From: Camelus dromedarius
Lineage: Eukaryota
DNA length: 64,000 nucleotides
NCBI RefSeq assembly: GCF_036321535.1
Contig: NC_087447.1
Coordinates: 52,764,001-52,828,000, forward strand
Direction of reading: 5' to 3'
The stretch's first letter is position 1. Each line of letters begins with the position of its first letter. The translations under genes and the position numbers were made by a program. Under the pieces are notes generated by a model. The model was not told where the DNA came from. It ran no database searches and was given only the letters and a program-made list of their open reading frames with translations. This document shows, in pieces, positions 1-12,691 of this stretch.

Positions 1-1011
1 AGGGGCTGGAACTTGAATTTGGATGCGGCAACGGATTCTTTGCAAGCCTGGTCAGCAGAGCTCCTCTGCCCCACCCGCTCTTGTGTAGATGGGTTTTCTG
101 GACTCTCACAAGGGTCACCAAAAGCGGCCTGGACAGAATGACTTTCCTATCATTATGCCAGCTTAAGAAATATGTTTTGTGTGGCGATTTTAGTTTTATT
201 TTTTTCAATCTCAGTCTCAAAAGGTCACTCCGATACTGAATAGATGGACATCCAGGGTTTGTAATAAAGTCAGAACACATATGATGGGATGTGGCTGGTG
301 GGACCATTTTCTCTTGCAGAAAAAAAATGTAATAAGAGAATCCGTGAGCAGGGGAGGTTAAAATGATATGTTGTGGGGAGTGGATAGCTTTGTTGTGTCA
401 GAACTGCAAAAGCTCCCACCGCTCTGGTAGAACCAGGCCTCTCCCTTCCCAGGATTCCTGCAGCAAAGCAGTGGGGCGCTGGGGAGAGGAAGGGGCCAGT
501 CCTGCAGCTGCTAATTACTATGTGTGAACCCAGAAACCCATTTTTTCCTCAGAGCCAATGATGCAAGCAGAGAGGACTGTAACAGAATTGGGCAGAACTG
601 GTGTGAGTCCTGGTCTGTACCCACCAGCTTTGAGAACATGGACAAGACTCTGCCTTCCCTGAGCCTCAGTCTTGTCTGCTATAACATGGGAACAAAGTGC
701 TTGTTTGCCAGGATACTCAAGCTCATGAACATGCGGGGCTTAGCAGGCAGTAGTTTCTCAATAATATCAGGTTCCACATTACTCCCCTTCCATTTGCTAA
801 ATTCCTTTACAGGACTACGCACAAGGGGATGGGTGTGAGCCTGGGCAGCTGACTCGGGCAGGGGTCCTGCTTCCACAGCTGGGGGTGGGGGGGACATTGA
901 CTATGTTGTCAATAAAGTATATTAATCGAGGCATTTTCAAAGTCCAGAGGAGAGATGACTAAATGCTTTAGAATAGGAAGTTCTTGCCTGTTTCGTTCAC
1001 TAGTGCAGATT

Positions 1012-1390
1012 TTCTTTTTTTTTTTTTTAACATTTTTTATTGAGTTATAGTCATTTTACAATGTAGTGTCAAATTCCAGTGTAGAGCACAATTTTTTAGT
1101 TATACATGAACATACATATATTCATTGTCACATTTTTTTTTGCTGTGAACTACCTCAAGATCTTGTATATATTTCCCTCTGCTATACAGTATAATCTTGT
1201 TTATCTATTCTACATATGCCTGTCAGTATCTACAAATTTTGAAATCCCAGTCTATCCCTTCCCAACCCCACGCCCCCATGGCAACCACAAGTTTGTATTC
1301 TATGTCTATGAGTCTGTTTCTATTTTGTATTTATGTTCTTTTTTTTTTTTAGATTCCACATATAAGTGATCTCATATGGTATTTTTCTTT
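1012..1390 (-). mobile_element. Young 5'-truncated LINE-1 3' end (cetartiodactyl/camelid-type)
   Basis: Poly(T) at 1012-1028 followed by the reverse complement of the L1 3'UTR (ggcaaccacaagtttgtattctatgtctatgagtctgtttc; ttagattccacatataagtgat); homologous to copies at 14.5, 30, 41 and 51 kb. Confidence 0.9.
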
Positions 1391-1439
1391 TAATTAGGAA
1401 AAAATACCAGTATAACAAAAGACATGTGCATATATGTAG

Positions 1440-1545
1440 AGAGAGATTTGTTTTTAATCTTTTTATCTTTATCATTCACTGCTATATATGTAGTGATTAG
1501 AACAGTTCCTGACATAAAGTAGGTCCTCACTAAACATCTGTTGGA
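1440..1545 (+). mobile_element. L2 LINE 3' end
   Basis: cattcactgct...agaacagttcctgacataaagtaggtcctcactaaacatctgttgga matches the L2 terminal motif, running into a (TGGA)n tail. Confidence 0.7.
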
Positions 1546-1608
1546 TGGATGGATGGATGGATGGACAGATGGACGGATGGAGGTGCGAACGGATGATGAA
1601 TGGGTGGG
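1542..1608 (+). repeat. (TGGA)n tetranucleotide microsatellite, degenerate distally
   Basis: tggatggatggatggatggatggacagatggacggatgg. Confidence 0.9.
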
Positions 1609-4149
1609 TGAGCAGATGGTCAGGGAGCGTTTCAGAGGGCAGGTGAGTAGGCAATCAGCAGGGAGACGCAGTGAAGGAAAGAAAGAGGAGGTAGGGGAGC
1701 ATAGGCAATTACCAAATTCCTGCACTTTCTCCAACAATACAAATCATCACCTAAAAAAATATAAACCATTTTGTGAATCTAAAATGTAAAATATGGTGAA
1801 GTGACTGATTCCCAAAATAGTTGTTTTATACAAAGGCCCAGCGTGCCATGGAGTTCAAAGTGATTTCCACAAAACCATTAAGTTAAAGGCCATGATATTC
1901 ATTTCCGAGCTCAAGGGTCTAATTACTAGTGATTACTTTCAATTCCATGCATTCCCAGCACAGGAAAGCAAGTATTCCAGGACATTCAGGGTGGAGAGCT
2001 ATCCAAGAGGGTTAATTAATACATAGGTAATGGTGGTGTCAGCAGAAACGGCCCCCGTGCACTTTTGCAGGAATTGTGATGAGTGTGGGGAGGACATCAG
2101 TGCCCTTATGTGACAAAGCCACTAGTCACATAAATCTTTACATGCAAATTTACATATACCCACACACCAGTGTAAAGACTGAATCTATAGCAATAAATAT
2201 TTTACATACTGCCTCCTGTTATTTAAAACCATGATTTCAAACGGTTGCATTTAGCCCACTGAGTGAACACAATTACTGGAAAATGCATTCCCTCACTGCC
2301 AGAGATTTAGTTCACCTTGTTTCCAACTTATGGTGTAATACTTCCTTTAGGTATAAAAATTTTTTTCCCCTTAGATCATATCCTTAAGGTAAGAATTAAA
2401 AAATGGCATCATTGAGCCAAGGATGTAAGCTTTGTCAGAAAGTCTTCCAAAAGTGTGGGGATGATTTCTTTTACATGAAGATGCTAGTTTTGCCATAGAT
2501 TCTAAAGGAAATTACTACTAACATTTTCATGTAGTAGTTTAACAGGAAGAATGATGACAGGCTAATTTCTAAAATAGCTGTAATACATAGAAAGGCATAA
2601 TAGCACGATAAAGTTTTAACAAACTCCAAGAATGCATTACAAAGAAGGTAACTGGGGATGAAAGTCTGGGATAATTAGTAAACACACACACACTTCATAA
2701 GAATTCTGCTCTGGCTGTGACTACCAGCACGCCTAGAATTCAATCTCCTTTCAAAGACTCTAATGCCTCTTTCCCCATCGTGGGCGTTAGTCCCTGTGGG
2801 AATTCCATGAGAAAGGCTGGAAAGGAATGAGAGAGAGGGATTTCAAATATTCCCTTTGTCCAGTCCATAATAAGGATTATTCTAAATCTTTTGTCCAGCC
2901 TATATGAGATACCACGGCAGTTAATGAATAAGTTAATTGGTTAAATCATTCTACTGGGGACCTCCAATTCATTCCAAGTAAACCCATAATGTGTGTATAA
3001 AAGATTAGGACTGCATACAAGAAAGGACCAAGTCACCAGATGGCTCAAAAGAGCCTCACTGATATTTCAATTTTTTTTTTTTACAAAAGTGGTATGTTTT
3101 CATTAAAGAAAAGTTGAAAAAAATTAAAAAGTTAAAAAAAAAACAATTATCCTAAAGCTTCATAATCCATGGCCAATATGTTGATAGATTTTTCAACCAC
3201 ATACACATTAATTTTATAAAATTGAGATAAGACTGCACGTGAATTTTAATCTTGCTTCTCCCATTCAACATTATAAGCATTTCTAATAAAAAATTCTTCT
3301 GATATGTCTTGAGGGCTAAAGATTATTATGTAGTATGGATGTATCATGAATGTTAAATCACTCCCTTTGTTAAATACTTCTGAAGTTTTCTTTGGTTTTT
3401 ATTATTCTTTCATCCACTCAATGTATATTGAATGTACGTTTGTTATTAGACCCCCGCCCTCAAGAAGAAAAATATTAAGCAATTAACACGCATGTATTTA
3501 ATCAAAGCTGTATAAATGCAGTAAGAGAAGTACTCTTGAAGCTGACAGCAGGGTCAGATGGGAGCAAGTGTGTCCCAGCCCAGGGTAACACACGTGCAAA
3601 GACCGAGGCAGGAAAGAGGGAAGGATTGCGGGAGCACGAAGGGAGAGGAGGAGAGCCACACAGCTGGTCACTCCACACCAAGTGCACTGAAAAGACATTC
3701 ACACTGTGAGAAACAACAGGATGTGCCTTTACATTTTAAAAAAGAAGGTGTGTTAACACTGAGAACACCACGGGACTGGATTCCTCAGACCTGACAAGCC
3801 TCTAATTAGCAGCTGGTTTTTGTTCAGATTTCATGGCTGGCCAGTCTTCCCATCTGCCCGCTGCAGGCCACCTGTGCAGGACAGCAGGGGAGGCACCCCA
3901 TGGGAGATGAGCCCTGCTGACCCGCAGAGACTCCGAGAACATTTCCTTTCCCCTTTGGTGGGTTTCTCCCAGAACGAGGGCTATGTTGCGGAGGGGAAGG
4001 AGGGGACACCAGGCACACTTCAAACAATAACAATAAGATGAAATATCTGGCTCTAGGGGTCCTCATCCAAGATTTATTTCAGTCCTCAGATGACCACTGG
4101 GCAACCGTGGCAGGCAGAAGGCAGGTTTGGTCTTGATCACACAGCTCTG

Positions 4150-4420
4150 TAAACGCTCCCCTAATACGATGCCTTTTCCCCATCCTGGGTCTGCCTGGCT
4201 AACTCCTTCTCACCTTGCAGCCTCAGTTCAAGTACTGCCTCCTCCTAGAAGCCTTCCCAGGCAGGGCAGAAATACCCTGATCAGGGGCACATTCCTCGAC
4301 TCCAGCACTGGTCACAGTATGTAAAATCATCTCTTGACCCGTTGCCTTGTCTGGAGTGTGAGTTCTAGAAGGCTGGGTGTAGGGTATCTGCTCAATAACT
4401 TTTTGATGAATGAATGAATG
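4150..4420 (+). mobile_element. L2 LINE 3' fragment
   Basis: cctcctcctagaagccttccc...tgtgagttctagaaggc...tgctcaataactttttgatgaatgaatgaatgaa terminal motif. Confidence 0.7.
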
Positions 4421-4609
4421 AACTGTGGTCCCAACACTTCAAATTTAATTCTCAATAGAAGCTGGCCAAAGTGCAAGTCAATGAACCCCCTGCTAACTGC
4501 TTATCCTGCTTACCCCTCTGAGGGGCTCACATGCAGCCCTGCCTCCCGCCCACCCATATCTGCTTTCAGCAGAGGATCTGTGCTGCTTCTGTGCAGCCTT
4601 GAGAGCTGG

Positions 4610-5073
4610 TGTGGTAGGCTGCATAACAGCCCCCAAAGACATCAGGTCCTAATCCTGGGCACTGACAGATTTTAGCCTGTTTGGAAAAAGTCTCTGCAGA
4701 TGTGATTAAGAATCTTAAAGAGGGGAGATTATTTTGGGCTCTCTGGGTGGGCATTAAATGTCATCACAGAAGTCCTTATAAAAGAGAGGCAGAGGAAGAT
4801 CTGACATACACATGAGAAGAAGGTGATATGAAGAAGAGGCAAAGATTGGAGTGATGTGACCATTAAGCCAAGGATGCTGGCCGCCACTAGAGGCTGGGGC
4901 AGGCCAGGAATGGATTCTCCCCCAGAGGGAGTAGAGTACAGTGAAACCTTGATTTCAGCTTAGTGGTACTGAATTTAGACTTTCAGCTTCCAGAACTGAG
5001 AGAATGAAATTTCTGTTGTTTTAAGCCAGAAGTTTGTGGTAATTTGTGATAGTAGCCACAGGAAGCTAGTATA
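4610..5073 (+). mobile_element. MaLR solo LTR (MLT1D/E-like)
   Basis: Starts tgtggtaggctg, contains gcagatgtgattaag, cttataaaagagaggcagag, agccaaggatgctgg and ends ttgttttaagcc...tttgtggtaatttgtgatagtagccacaggaagctagtata. Confidence 0.9.
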
Positions 5074-6339
5074 TCAACGTAGTGGATGGTTTGGGGGTTG
5101 GGACACCTGGCATGTCATCCCAGCTCTGAAACTCACTCAGTGAGTCTCTTTTGGAACTGGAATTCTGGCCCAGGCAGGCTTCATCCTGACTCACAGCTAA
5201 CCCTGGACAGGACCTTGGCGTCTTAGCCACTAAGATGGGAGAGCAGCAGTCAGCAGCTGGCAGAGTTGCTGCGGACTGAGTGGGACACGTGCAGACCAGC
5301 CCAAGCACGATGCCAGGCACACAGAAGTCACTTCACATGATGACTTCTGCTCTCCTTTTATTATTACAAAAAAAAAAAAAAAGAAAAAAGAAAAAAAGCA
5401 CTGGCCAAGTGCTTGCTGTGTGCCAGGTACAAGCTACACCTTCACAGGAGAAGGAAGTTAGTCAGCATCTCCAAGAGGCGAGTCGGAAGGGGTAAGTCTG
5501 CCCCTGAAAGAGAGTGTTTTGAGTTCCCCCAAGTGGGATGACAGAATGGTATTTACTGAAAAGGTACAATGTCCCAGAAAGAAACACAAGGAAAAAAATA
5601 CAGCGCAGTTACAACATAGAGACTTCTTTCCTCCACTAGGCTACCTGCCCCACCCTCGTGTACCCTGCCCAGGATGCCTTCCCAGCAAGCGTGTCTCTCC
5701 CATAACACAGAGGTCAGACTCAAGTCCTAAGCACAGCTGAGCGTCTTTTCACTTTGCCATCTCTACTCCCCAGGCCTTCCTTGAGAATTGACTTTTCTAG
5801 ATCCCTTGGTCTAAAATGGAGGGAAGAACAAGGTAAATCAAAATAAGAAGCTTTTGGTATTGCCTACAAATCTGGGGGCTAAAAGGATGGCTGTTTCCCC
5901 TGAAGTACTAACGCTTTGCTCTCTTGTGGGAACTCTCACCCATGCCCTGGACCTTAAAGATGTAGAGAAAACCTATCAAAGCCCCAGATCCACCCTGTGC
6001 CTTTGGGACCAACTGCAGGCTGGAGGCCCCAGTCTGTTCCTTCCCCTGGTCCGCGGCCGAGGCCTCACAGCCTGGATGTGGGATCAAGCCCTCCCCATCG
6101 GGCAAGTGGGGAAGAAGAGAAGTAGGGTTTGAATCTTCATCCCACCTCTGACTAACTAGGATACCCTGGGAAAGGGTCTCAACATTCCCATCCATAAAAT
6201 GGGGACACTAAAAGGCAGGTAAGCTCAGCCAGGCTTTAACTTATTCCTTCTTAGCCCTCCTTCTGCATCCATCCTGGGAACAGGGTGGTAAAGCAGAGTC
6301 CTGTCCTCAGGGAGGGCTCAGGGCCCGTAGGGCTGCTGA

Positions 6340-7320
6340 CAGTAAATGAGAAAATGAACACGATAATTCCTGCTGGGAGGAAATGCATGTTTTGATGAGA
6401 AAGACAGTCAGAGGGAAAGGTCTTTATAAGAGAGGGTGCTGAACAGGTGTACTGGGTAAGAATGAGGCAGCCTTTCGCATATGCAAATTCCACTCCTTGG
6501 CAAAGGGCTGGAGGGGTTCAAGACACACAGCAGAGGCATCAGAGTGCCTGGAACAGCACAAGAAGGACGGCACAAGGAAGGTCAAAGAGCTACCTCACAG
6601 GCTAGGTCACATCGGAATTGTTTAAAGTTCATTTTAATTGTGATGAAAAAGTTACCCCGAAGGCTTTCCGCAGCGGATGAGTGAGGCTGCCACACCTTCA
6701 TCGCCCAAGGACGGCTCTGGCTGCTGTGTGGAGACCATCCTAGAGGAGAGTGGAAATGGGAACTGGTTTGGATGCTACTGCACTTGTTTAGGGAGAGATG
6801 ACAATGGTCTGGACCAGGGTGGCACCAGTGGAGATGGAGAGAGATGGATGGGTCCAACAGGAGTACTGATAACGGCTGATGTGTATCTGAGTGCCGTCCG
6901 GCACTGGATAAAGCACTATGCACTCACTGTCTCACGTGACCCTTTTGGCAGCCTTATGAGATCAGTACTGTGATTTTCTCCAGGTGAGAAAACTGAGGAC
7001 CAGAGAGGTTAGGCAACTTCCTTAAGATCACACAGTGAGGAATGGGAAGAGGCAGGATTTGAACCAAGGCTGTCGGGTTCCAGAGCCTACACACCAAACT
7101 GCTCTTCCCTCAAGAGGCCTGGCAAGTGAATGGGCTGAGGAGGGTGAAGGGAAAGGAAAACTGGGCTGGCTTCTAGAGTTTGGGCTTGAGCAACTGGGCC
7201 AATGGTGGTGCTGTTTACAGATAGCGGTGAGTAGAGGAAGGACTGGCTAGCGGAGGGCAGGGCAGGGTGACTGCGAGGGAGGATCACTGGGGTTCAAGAG
7301 CTCTGTTTTGGACATGTTGA
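6340..7320 (-). mobile_element. L2 LINE fragment interrupted by a MIR (~6860-7110)
   Basis: L2 motifs (ctctggctgctgtgtggaga; gagagatgacaatggtctggaccagggtggca; ggagttcaagagctctgttttggacatgttga-like) flank a MIR core (caggtgagaaaactgaggaccagagaggttaggcaactt...ggatttgaacc). Confidence 0.75.
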
Positions 7321-7799
7321 GGCCCAGCCACCTTCCTGTGCTCCTCACGCCTTTTCTGTTCCCTGCAAAGCAGTGAGTGGTGGAGGGCAGCGTGGGGGCT
7401 GGGCTGGTGGGGCAGAGGGAACCGATGCAATTGTCCTTTGTCGATGTGACCCTCCTTCCCCAACATATACAGGTGTGAGCCTCCTGATGTCCTTTTATAA
7501 AAGGAGGTCAATGGCAGATATGTCCAGAAATGCAGGAAACATTTGGTAAGAAGAGTAAAGCAAAATTAACCAACAGAATTTTTGTCTTCTCTAATATGTT
7601 ACCAGTAATTCTTAGGAGGGCATTTATGGACAGTATGAAAAAGAAATTGGCCTGGGTGACAATACAGGACTAGGCTGGGCTTCTGAGTCCTGAAGGCAGG
7701 AATCCAAAGCTACTTCAGGGACTGGGGCAATATCACGGGAGGATCCCCATCCTCGAGGCCCACTCGCTGAGTCAGGTCTTGGGAACCAGGCTGATTCAT

Positions 7800-8050
7800 C
7801 TATTTCACTGCTTACTTGGCTCCGTAGGATGTTAACAGCATTAACCAAACAAGGGTTCTTGTTCACACAGGCTTGGGAAAACCTGGCTAAATCAGGCTTG
7901 TTTACTGCAGGCCTTCTCAGAATCTTGAACCTGGCAATGTGCGCTATGACTCTCCAAGGAGAAGGAGGCAGATTCCCCAAACATATCTGACCATAGAATG
8001 CTTCTGTAGTCAAGCATCTCACAGTACAAGTGCTCCAGGGAAGAGACTTT
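7800..8050 (-). mobile_element. hAT-Charlie non-autonomous DNA transposon, MER112-like
   Basis: tttactgcaggccttctcagaatctt...aatgtgcgctatgactctccaag...ttccccaaacatatctgaccatagaa...actttggga; second copy in opposite orientation at ~45.8 kb. Confidence 0.65.
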
Positions 8051-8549
8051 GGGATATGTTCACCGCTCTGTTCTATTCCTAAGGAAAAAGGCCATGTTGA
8101 AGGCTCCCGGGTGTGTGACCGGAAGCCTCGGAGGGGATGTTGACTGTCAGAGCCTGGGTGGTAGGGCTGAGTGCTGAGCACATGCTGCGCAACCACGAGT
8201 GAGCTAGTGAACCATCTCGAATCTTGGTTTCTCAACTGTCAGCTGAGGATATGACTAACACAGAACACAGTTCTGTGAGAATTACAAGAGTTAACTTATA
8301 CTAAGGCCCCGCTGCAGGGGACCAGTGGTAGGTCCCTCTGGGGCTCAGAGATACTGAGATCTCTGACAGGCTCCTTGCCCGCCTGACTCCTCAGGGCCTG
8401 ATCTGTGCGGGTCACATAGCCTTGCTGATTCCCCTGCTACAGCAGCTCCACTTTCCCTTGGCAACCACCCTCCGCAGGTGACCCGGTTCCCAGCCATCAT
8501 CAAGCTTCTCAAGCGGTCTGTGGTGGTGGGGTGCGCAGCTAAGTCCAAC

Positions 8550-8630
8550 CTGGAACTTCAAAATCAAGTCCCCCTCGGGCACGTGGTAATTGTAGCCAAC
8601 GATGCAATCATGCACCACAGCTTAAATGTC
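8550..8630 (-). other. Candidate non-coding (5'UTR) internal exon, 81 nt
   Basis: Minus strand: branch-like cactgac + tcttcctcctggaggtttttcag| acceptor (AG 8632-8631), donor CAG|GTTGGA (GT 8549-8548); unique, CpG-retaining sequence; stops in all three frames. Confidence 0.45.
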
Positions 8631-11009
8631 CTGAAAAACCTCCAGGAGGAAGAGTCAGTGTGCCCAAGTTTCGAAATGTATCAGGTTTCTGGAATTCTCC
8701 AAGCCTCCCTATCTGATGCAGCCGTGCCTTCGGCAGCGGCTCAAATATGCAAGGCCCCACCCTGTACTTCAAGAAGCCCCGTCATGTGCTCACCACTCGT
8801 TCAGCACATCGTGACTGATCCTCTCTCTGGACTGCCAACTACGGGGCCAAGCATCAGGGTACAAGGGACCTGCTAGTCTGGGGGAGCAGGCGGACAAGTG
8901 AGTCCGTAAGCACTGGGACAGACCTACGAACCAAGTTGCATGAAAACAAGAAGGATGAGGCTTTGGTTCCTTTCAAGCAGTGGCTTCAAAATCAGCTCAC
9001 GTTTGCGGAGCATTTGGCATAGGCCAGGTGAGGGGATAGAAGATTTCTGATTAGACACAATTCTGACGTCCTTTTACTCAGGAGAAAGTTGAGAATCATA
9101 GAGGTATGGGCACTTGCCCAAAGCCTCACAGCTCATTAGGGGAGGGCTCATTTAAGTCCCAGAGCTGGGTGCCCTTCAGCAGGCAACCCCGGAGCTGATT
9201 CAGCTGAGCAGACAGTGCCCAGGGCAGGGGGTTTGCTGAAGATTAGAGGAGTGGTCTCTGGGTACATCTTTCCTGAACCTGGGAGCTTCAGACACATGCC
9301 CTTGTTTCTTTGGCCTTGGATGTCTTTCCTCTGTCATGGGCAAGCTTTGCTTTTGATGGAATAAAAGCCTGCCAGTTAGGCACATGTTACTCTCGGTCTG
9401 GAATCTAGTCAAAATGAGCAAACACAGATTCCCAGAGAAGCTTTAACCAGCACCATGTGCCCCAAGCCCCAAGAGCTCAGATTCAGTAAGTCCACTGCCA
9501 GCTCCGGGGAAGACTTGCCGGAAGAGGCTTCCCACAGGGCAGCATCCAAGAGATTCTGAAGTCCAGAGGGCCTGCCGCCCACATTCCTGAGCCCTCAGCG
9601 GAGCTGGGGTGGGGATGGGAAGGCAGGGAGGGTGCTGTGATGAGATTTCCTCCCCAGAAGAGCCTGTGAGCCTCATCTCTAAAGGCTTGGGGCTGGCTCC
9701 AGGCCTGAGAAATCAAACCACCCCTCTCTTGTGGGGAGAATCCTTAGGGGAATACTTATGAGACATTAAAACCACTGCCATCAACTCTTTAAAAAAAATC
9801 CTGTACGTGTAATTATGAGTCCAGGATGAGATTCCTGGATATAGTATAATTACTTCCCTGAAGCTCACATTCCCCCAGGACTGAGGCCAGGAACACTGCC
9901 TGTAGATCTCTGCCCTGTCTCCTGGGTCTCCCTCTGCCCCCAGACTCTTCCCTTCTGGAGTGTGTGCCTCCAACCGCCACCCTCTGCCCCTCTATCCAGG
10001 CCCTGCCTGTCTCTGCCCTGTGCTGAGTGGGAGGACGGCCCAGCGGATGTAGCACCCAGTCCTCTTGCAGACCACCCCCAGCACCTGCGGGCTGTGGCCG
10101 ACAGGGGCACCAGCTGGAGCCTGCCAGACAGGAGGAGAGGAGGCTGAGACTTCTCGCCTGCTCCGCCCTCTGCTCTGGTGCTGCTCCCGCTACAACCACA
10201 GCCCCTGCCCACAGCTTCTTCAAAGGGGTCCCCACTCTCCACAGACACCACTGTCTCCCCTTGCCCCTCTGACCTGAGGTGGTTTTGGGTCCACCCACCT
10301 AGGTGACCCAACATCTCTTATTTATTTCCTCAACCCTGCCTGTCCCACGTCTGTGACATAGGTCCTCCATTACTCTCTTCATTTGAAACTTCGGGGATGA
10401 ATTCTCTGTTCTGAGGGGAATCTGACAATATTTCAGGACCAGGCTACACACGAGGTAAGGAATAAAGTTGCTCAGTCATTCCCTTATGGGCTGTGTGCGG
10501 GTGCTGGAGATGCAGGGTGCTGGGCAGGGAAGGGTGTCCTACAGCCAGGAAAGAACACCTGTTCCTGCTTTTCTCTCCTCTCCTCCCTCCCCTCCCCAAC
10601 CACCTTGTGTGTGTGGGTTGTGTGTATGCAATATGACTATATATAATATGATTATATATATACACATGCATATATTTGATTCTTTTTTTTTTTTGACCCT
10701 AGTCTGAAATAGAACACCACACTATGCACATCCTTGGTCAACAAAATATTAGAAAGAATAACAGATTTTTCAATTCCTCATTCATTCACTAAATCTGCCT
10801 GAGAGCCTGCTGTGTATCAAGCCCCGTACAAGAAGCCGTGGTACTGAAATGAATGGCCACATAAGGTGTGATCCTTGCCCTGAAGCACAACCAGACTACT
10901 GAACCTCATATGCCTATGAAGCTACCAAGGAAACCTTCTCCAGGTTGTGCCTTGTGCCTTGTCCTTCCCTCCCCACTGTTTCATCTGGTCAGACACAGCC
11001 GGACACACA

Positions 11010-11055
11010 GCATGCACGCACGCATGCACGCGTGCACACACACACACGTGCATAC
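11010..11055. repeat. 46-bp perfect purine/pyrimidine alternating tract (CA/CG/TG)
   Basis: gcatgcacgcacgcatgcacgcgtgcacacacacacacgtgcatac. Confidence 0.9.
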
Positions 11056-11764
11056 TTCAGCACCACGTCTGGGAACGATCGCCCAATGCTGCAGCAATAC
11101 TAGCCCACCCGCCGTGTTAGAGACCCAGCCCCCGGCAGCAGAGTGAAGAATACGATGTGGACATGTCAGAGGGTCCGGGGGCACCCAGTTCCTTCACTTT
11201 CCTCGGGAGGACCCAGTCAGCGTTTCTCCGGTGAGATGAGTAACAACAGAAGGGTAACCACATGAGGCTTTGCGAGTGAGCAGGATTCATTTGACAACAG
11301 TCATGGAGCCGGGGTCTGTGCCCAGACGTGCCCGGGGGTCCTCGGGCTGCAGAGCTTCCCTGACTGGCGTTCTTCTGTCCTTCCAGAGGCCCCCACCTCC
11401 CTGCCCTGCTCTTCATCCCTGCCCCTCTGCTGACGCTGCCAGATTGCCAGCTCCCGCCCTAGAACTCAGGAAGCCTGGATTTCTGTCTTGGCCCATCACT
11501 GACTCACTTGCTGGACAAATGTGCACAGACCACTGCCTCTTTCTGATCCTCAGATTTCCCACCTGTGCAATGAGACATCTGAATGTCTGGTCCCCAAGAC
11601 CCCTTCGTGATAAATCCCTGTGCATCCCAAAGCCCACTGTCACTGAGCAATGTTAAGAGATAATAACAGAAAGCTCCCTGAAAACACAAGGTGGGGTTGC
11701 AGCCCAGAGAGGTACTGGAGAGGCTGGAAGGCGAGTCCCAGGAGAGTGAATTCATGTTCTCTGG

Positions 11765-11935
11765 GTCAGTGGGTTTCTCTTTGGCTGCACGTTAAAATCA
11801 CCAGAGATTTCAGGAATCCCCATGCCCAAGCTGTTCCTAAGAGCAATCGAATCAGAACCTTTGGGGCAGCAACGAAGGCATCTGTACTTTTTCAAAGCTC
11901 CCTGTATGATTCAGATGTATAGTGAAGACAGAGCA
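11765..11935. mobile_element. MER5A-family hAT-Charlie MITE
   Basis: ttggctgcacgttaaaatcacc...gaatcagaacctttgggg...tttttcaaagctccctgtatgattc. Confidence 0.75.
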
Positions 11936-12691
11936 CAGGTGATGTTCATTCACTGTCAACATTTTGAGTAACTTCCCCCAGTCAGCGGTGTCCATTGAAA
12001 ACATGTATGTTAGATTCAGAGGTAAGGGCATTTTCAATCATAGAAAATTAAAAGCAGATAGGTTATTAAACATTCTCTATTTACTTGTGTCTCATCTATC
12101 AAAATATAATCCCCTATTAGGAAGAGAGCATATATGGATTAACTTCTATAAGCAAAAGATTTAATTAATAACCCAGTTAGAACAAGATTTTGAAGAGCTA
12201 ATAATCGCTAAGTAGAAATTATGTACTCTCATTAAAATCTAGCTGTTACAAACTCCACTTATGCAACAAATAACCCCTTGTCTAACAATTTGCTTTACTT
12301 TACAGCTATTAAAAAAGCATAATTTCTTCCCGTCCTTTGGAATTACCCCCCTCGAGCTTTTCAAAGGTCCTGGCTCATGGGCTTCAGCCTGTGGCCAGCA
12401 CTCTTCCCAAAACCTCCCTCTTAATGTGTGAACATAGGCTCTCATTGTCCCTCCTCCCTCCAAGTTACCCCAAATCCCCATCCAGCCAACCCCCATTTGC
12501 CATTTGGGACTCTGAGTACCTGCCACGTCTCTGTTAAGACAGCGCAGAACAATCCCACTCAAAGACAGAATATTATGTCCTTTCATCCTTAGCTTGTTCC
12601 AAAATCACTTACTCAAATTCTTTCCATTACAGAATAATGAAAAGAAGATACACTTTGAAATCAGATAGCTTTGGCTTAAAAATTTGACTCT

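Noticed and set aside
7624..8235. 203-aa minus-strand ORF
   Set aside because: Non-ATG start, crosses MIR and MER112-like repeats, no recognisable protein similarity
11056..11067. REST/RE1 site (TTCAGCACCACG)
   Set aside because: Only the left half matches; the GGACAG right half is missing
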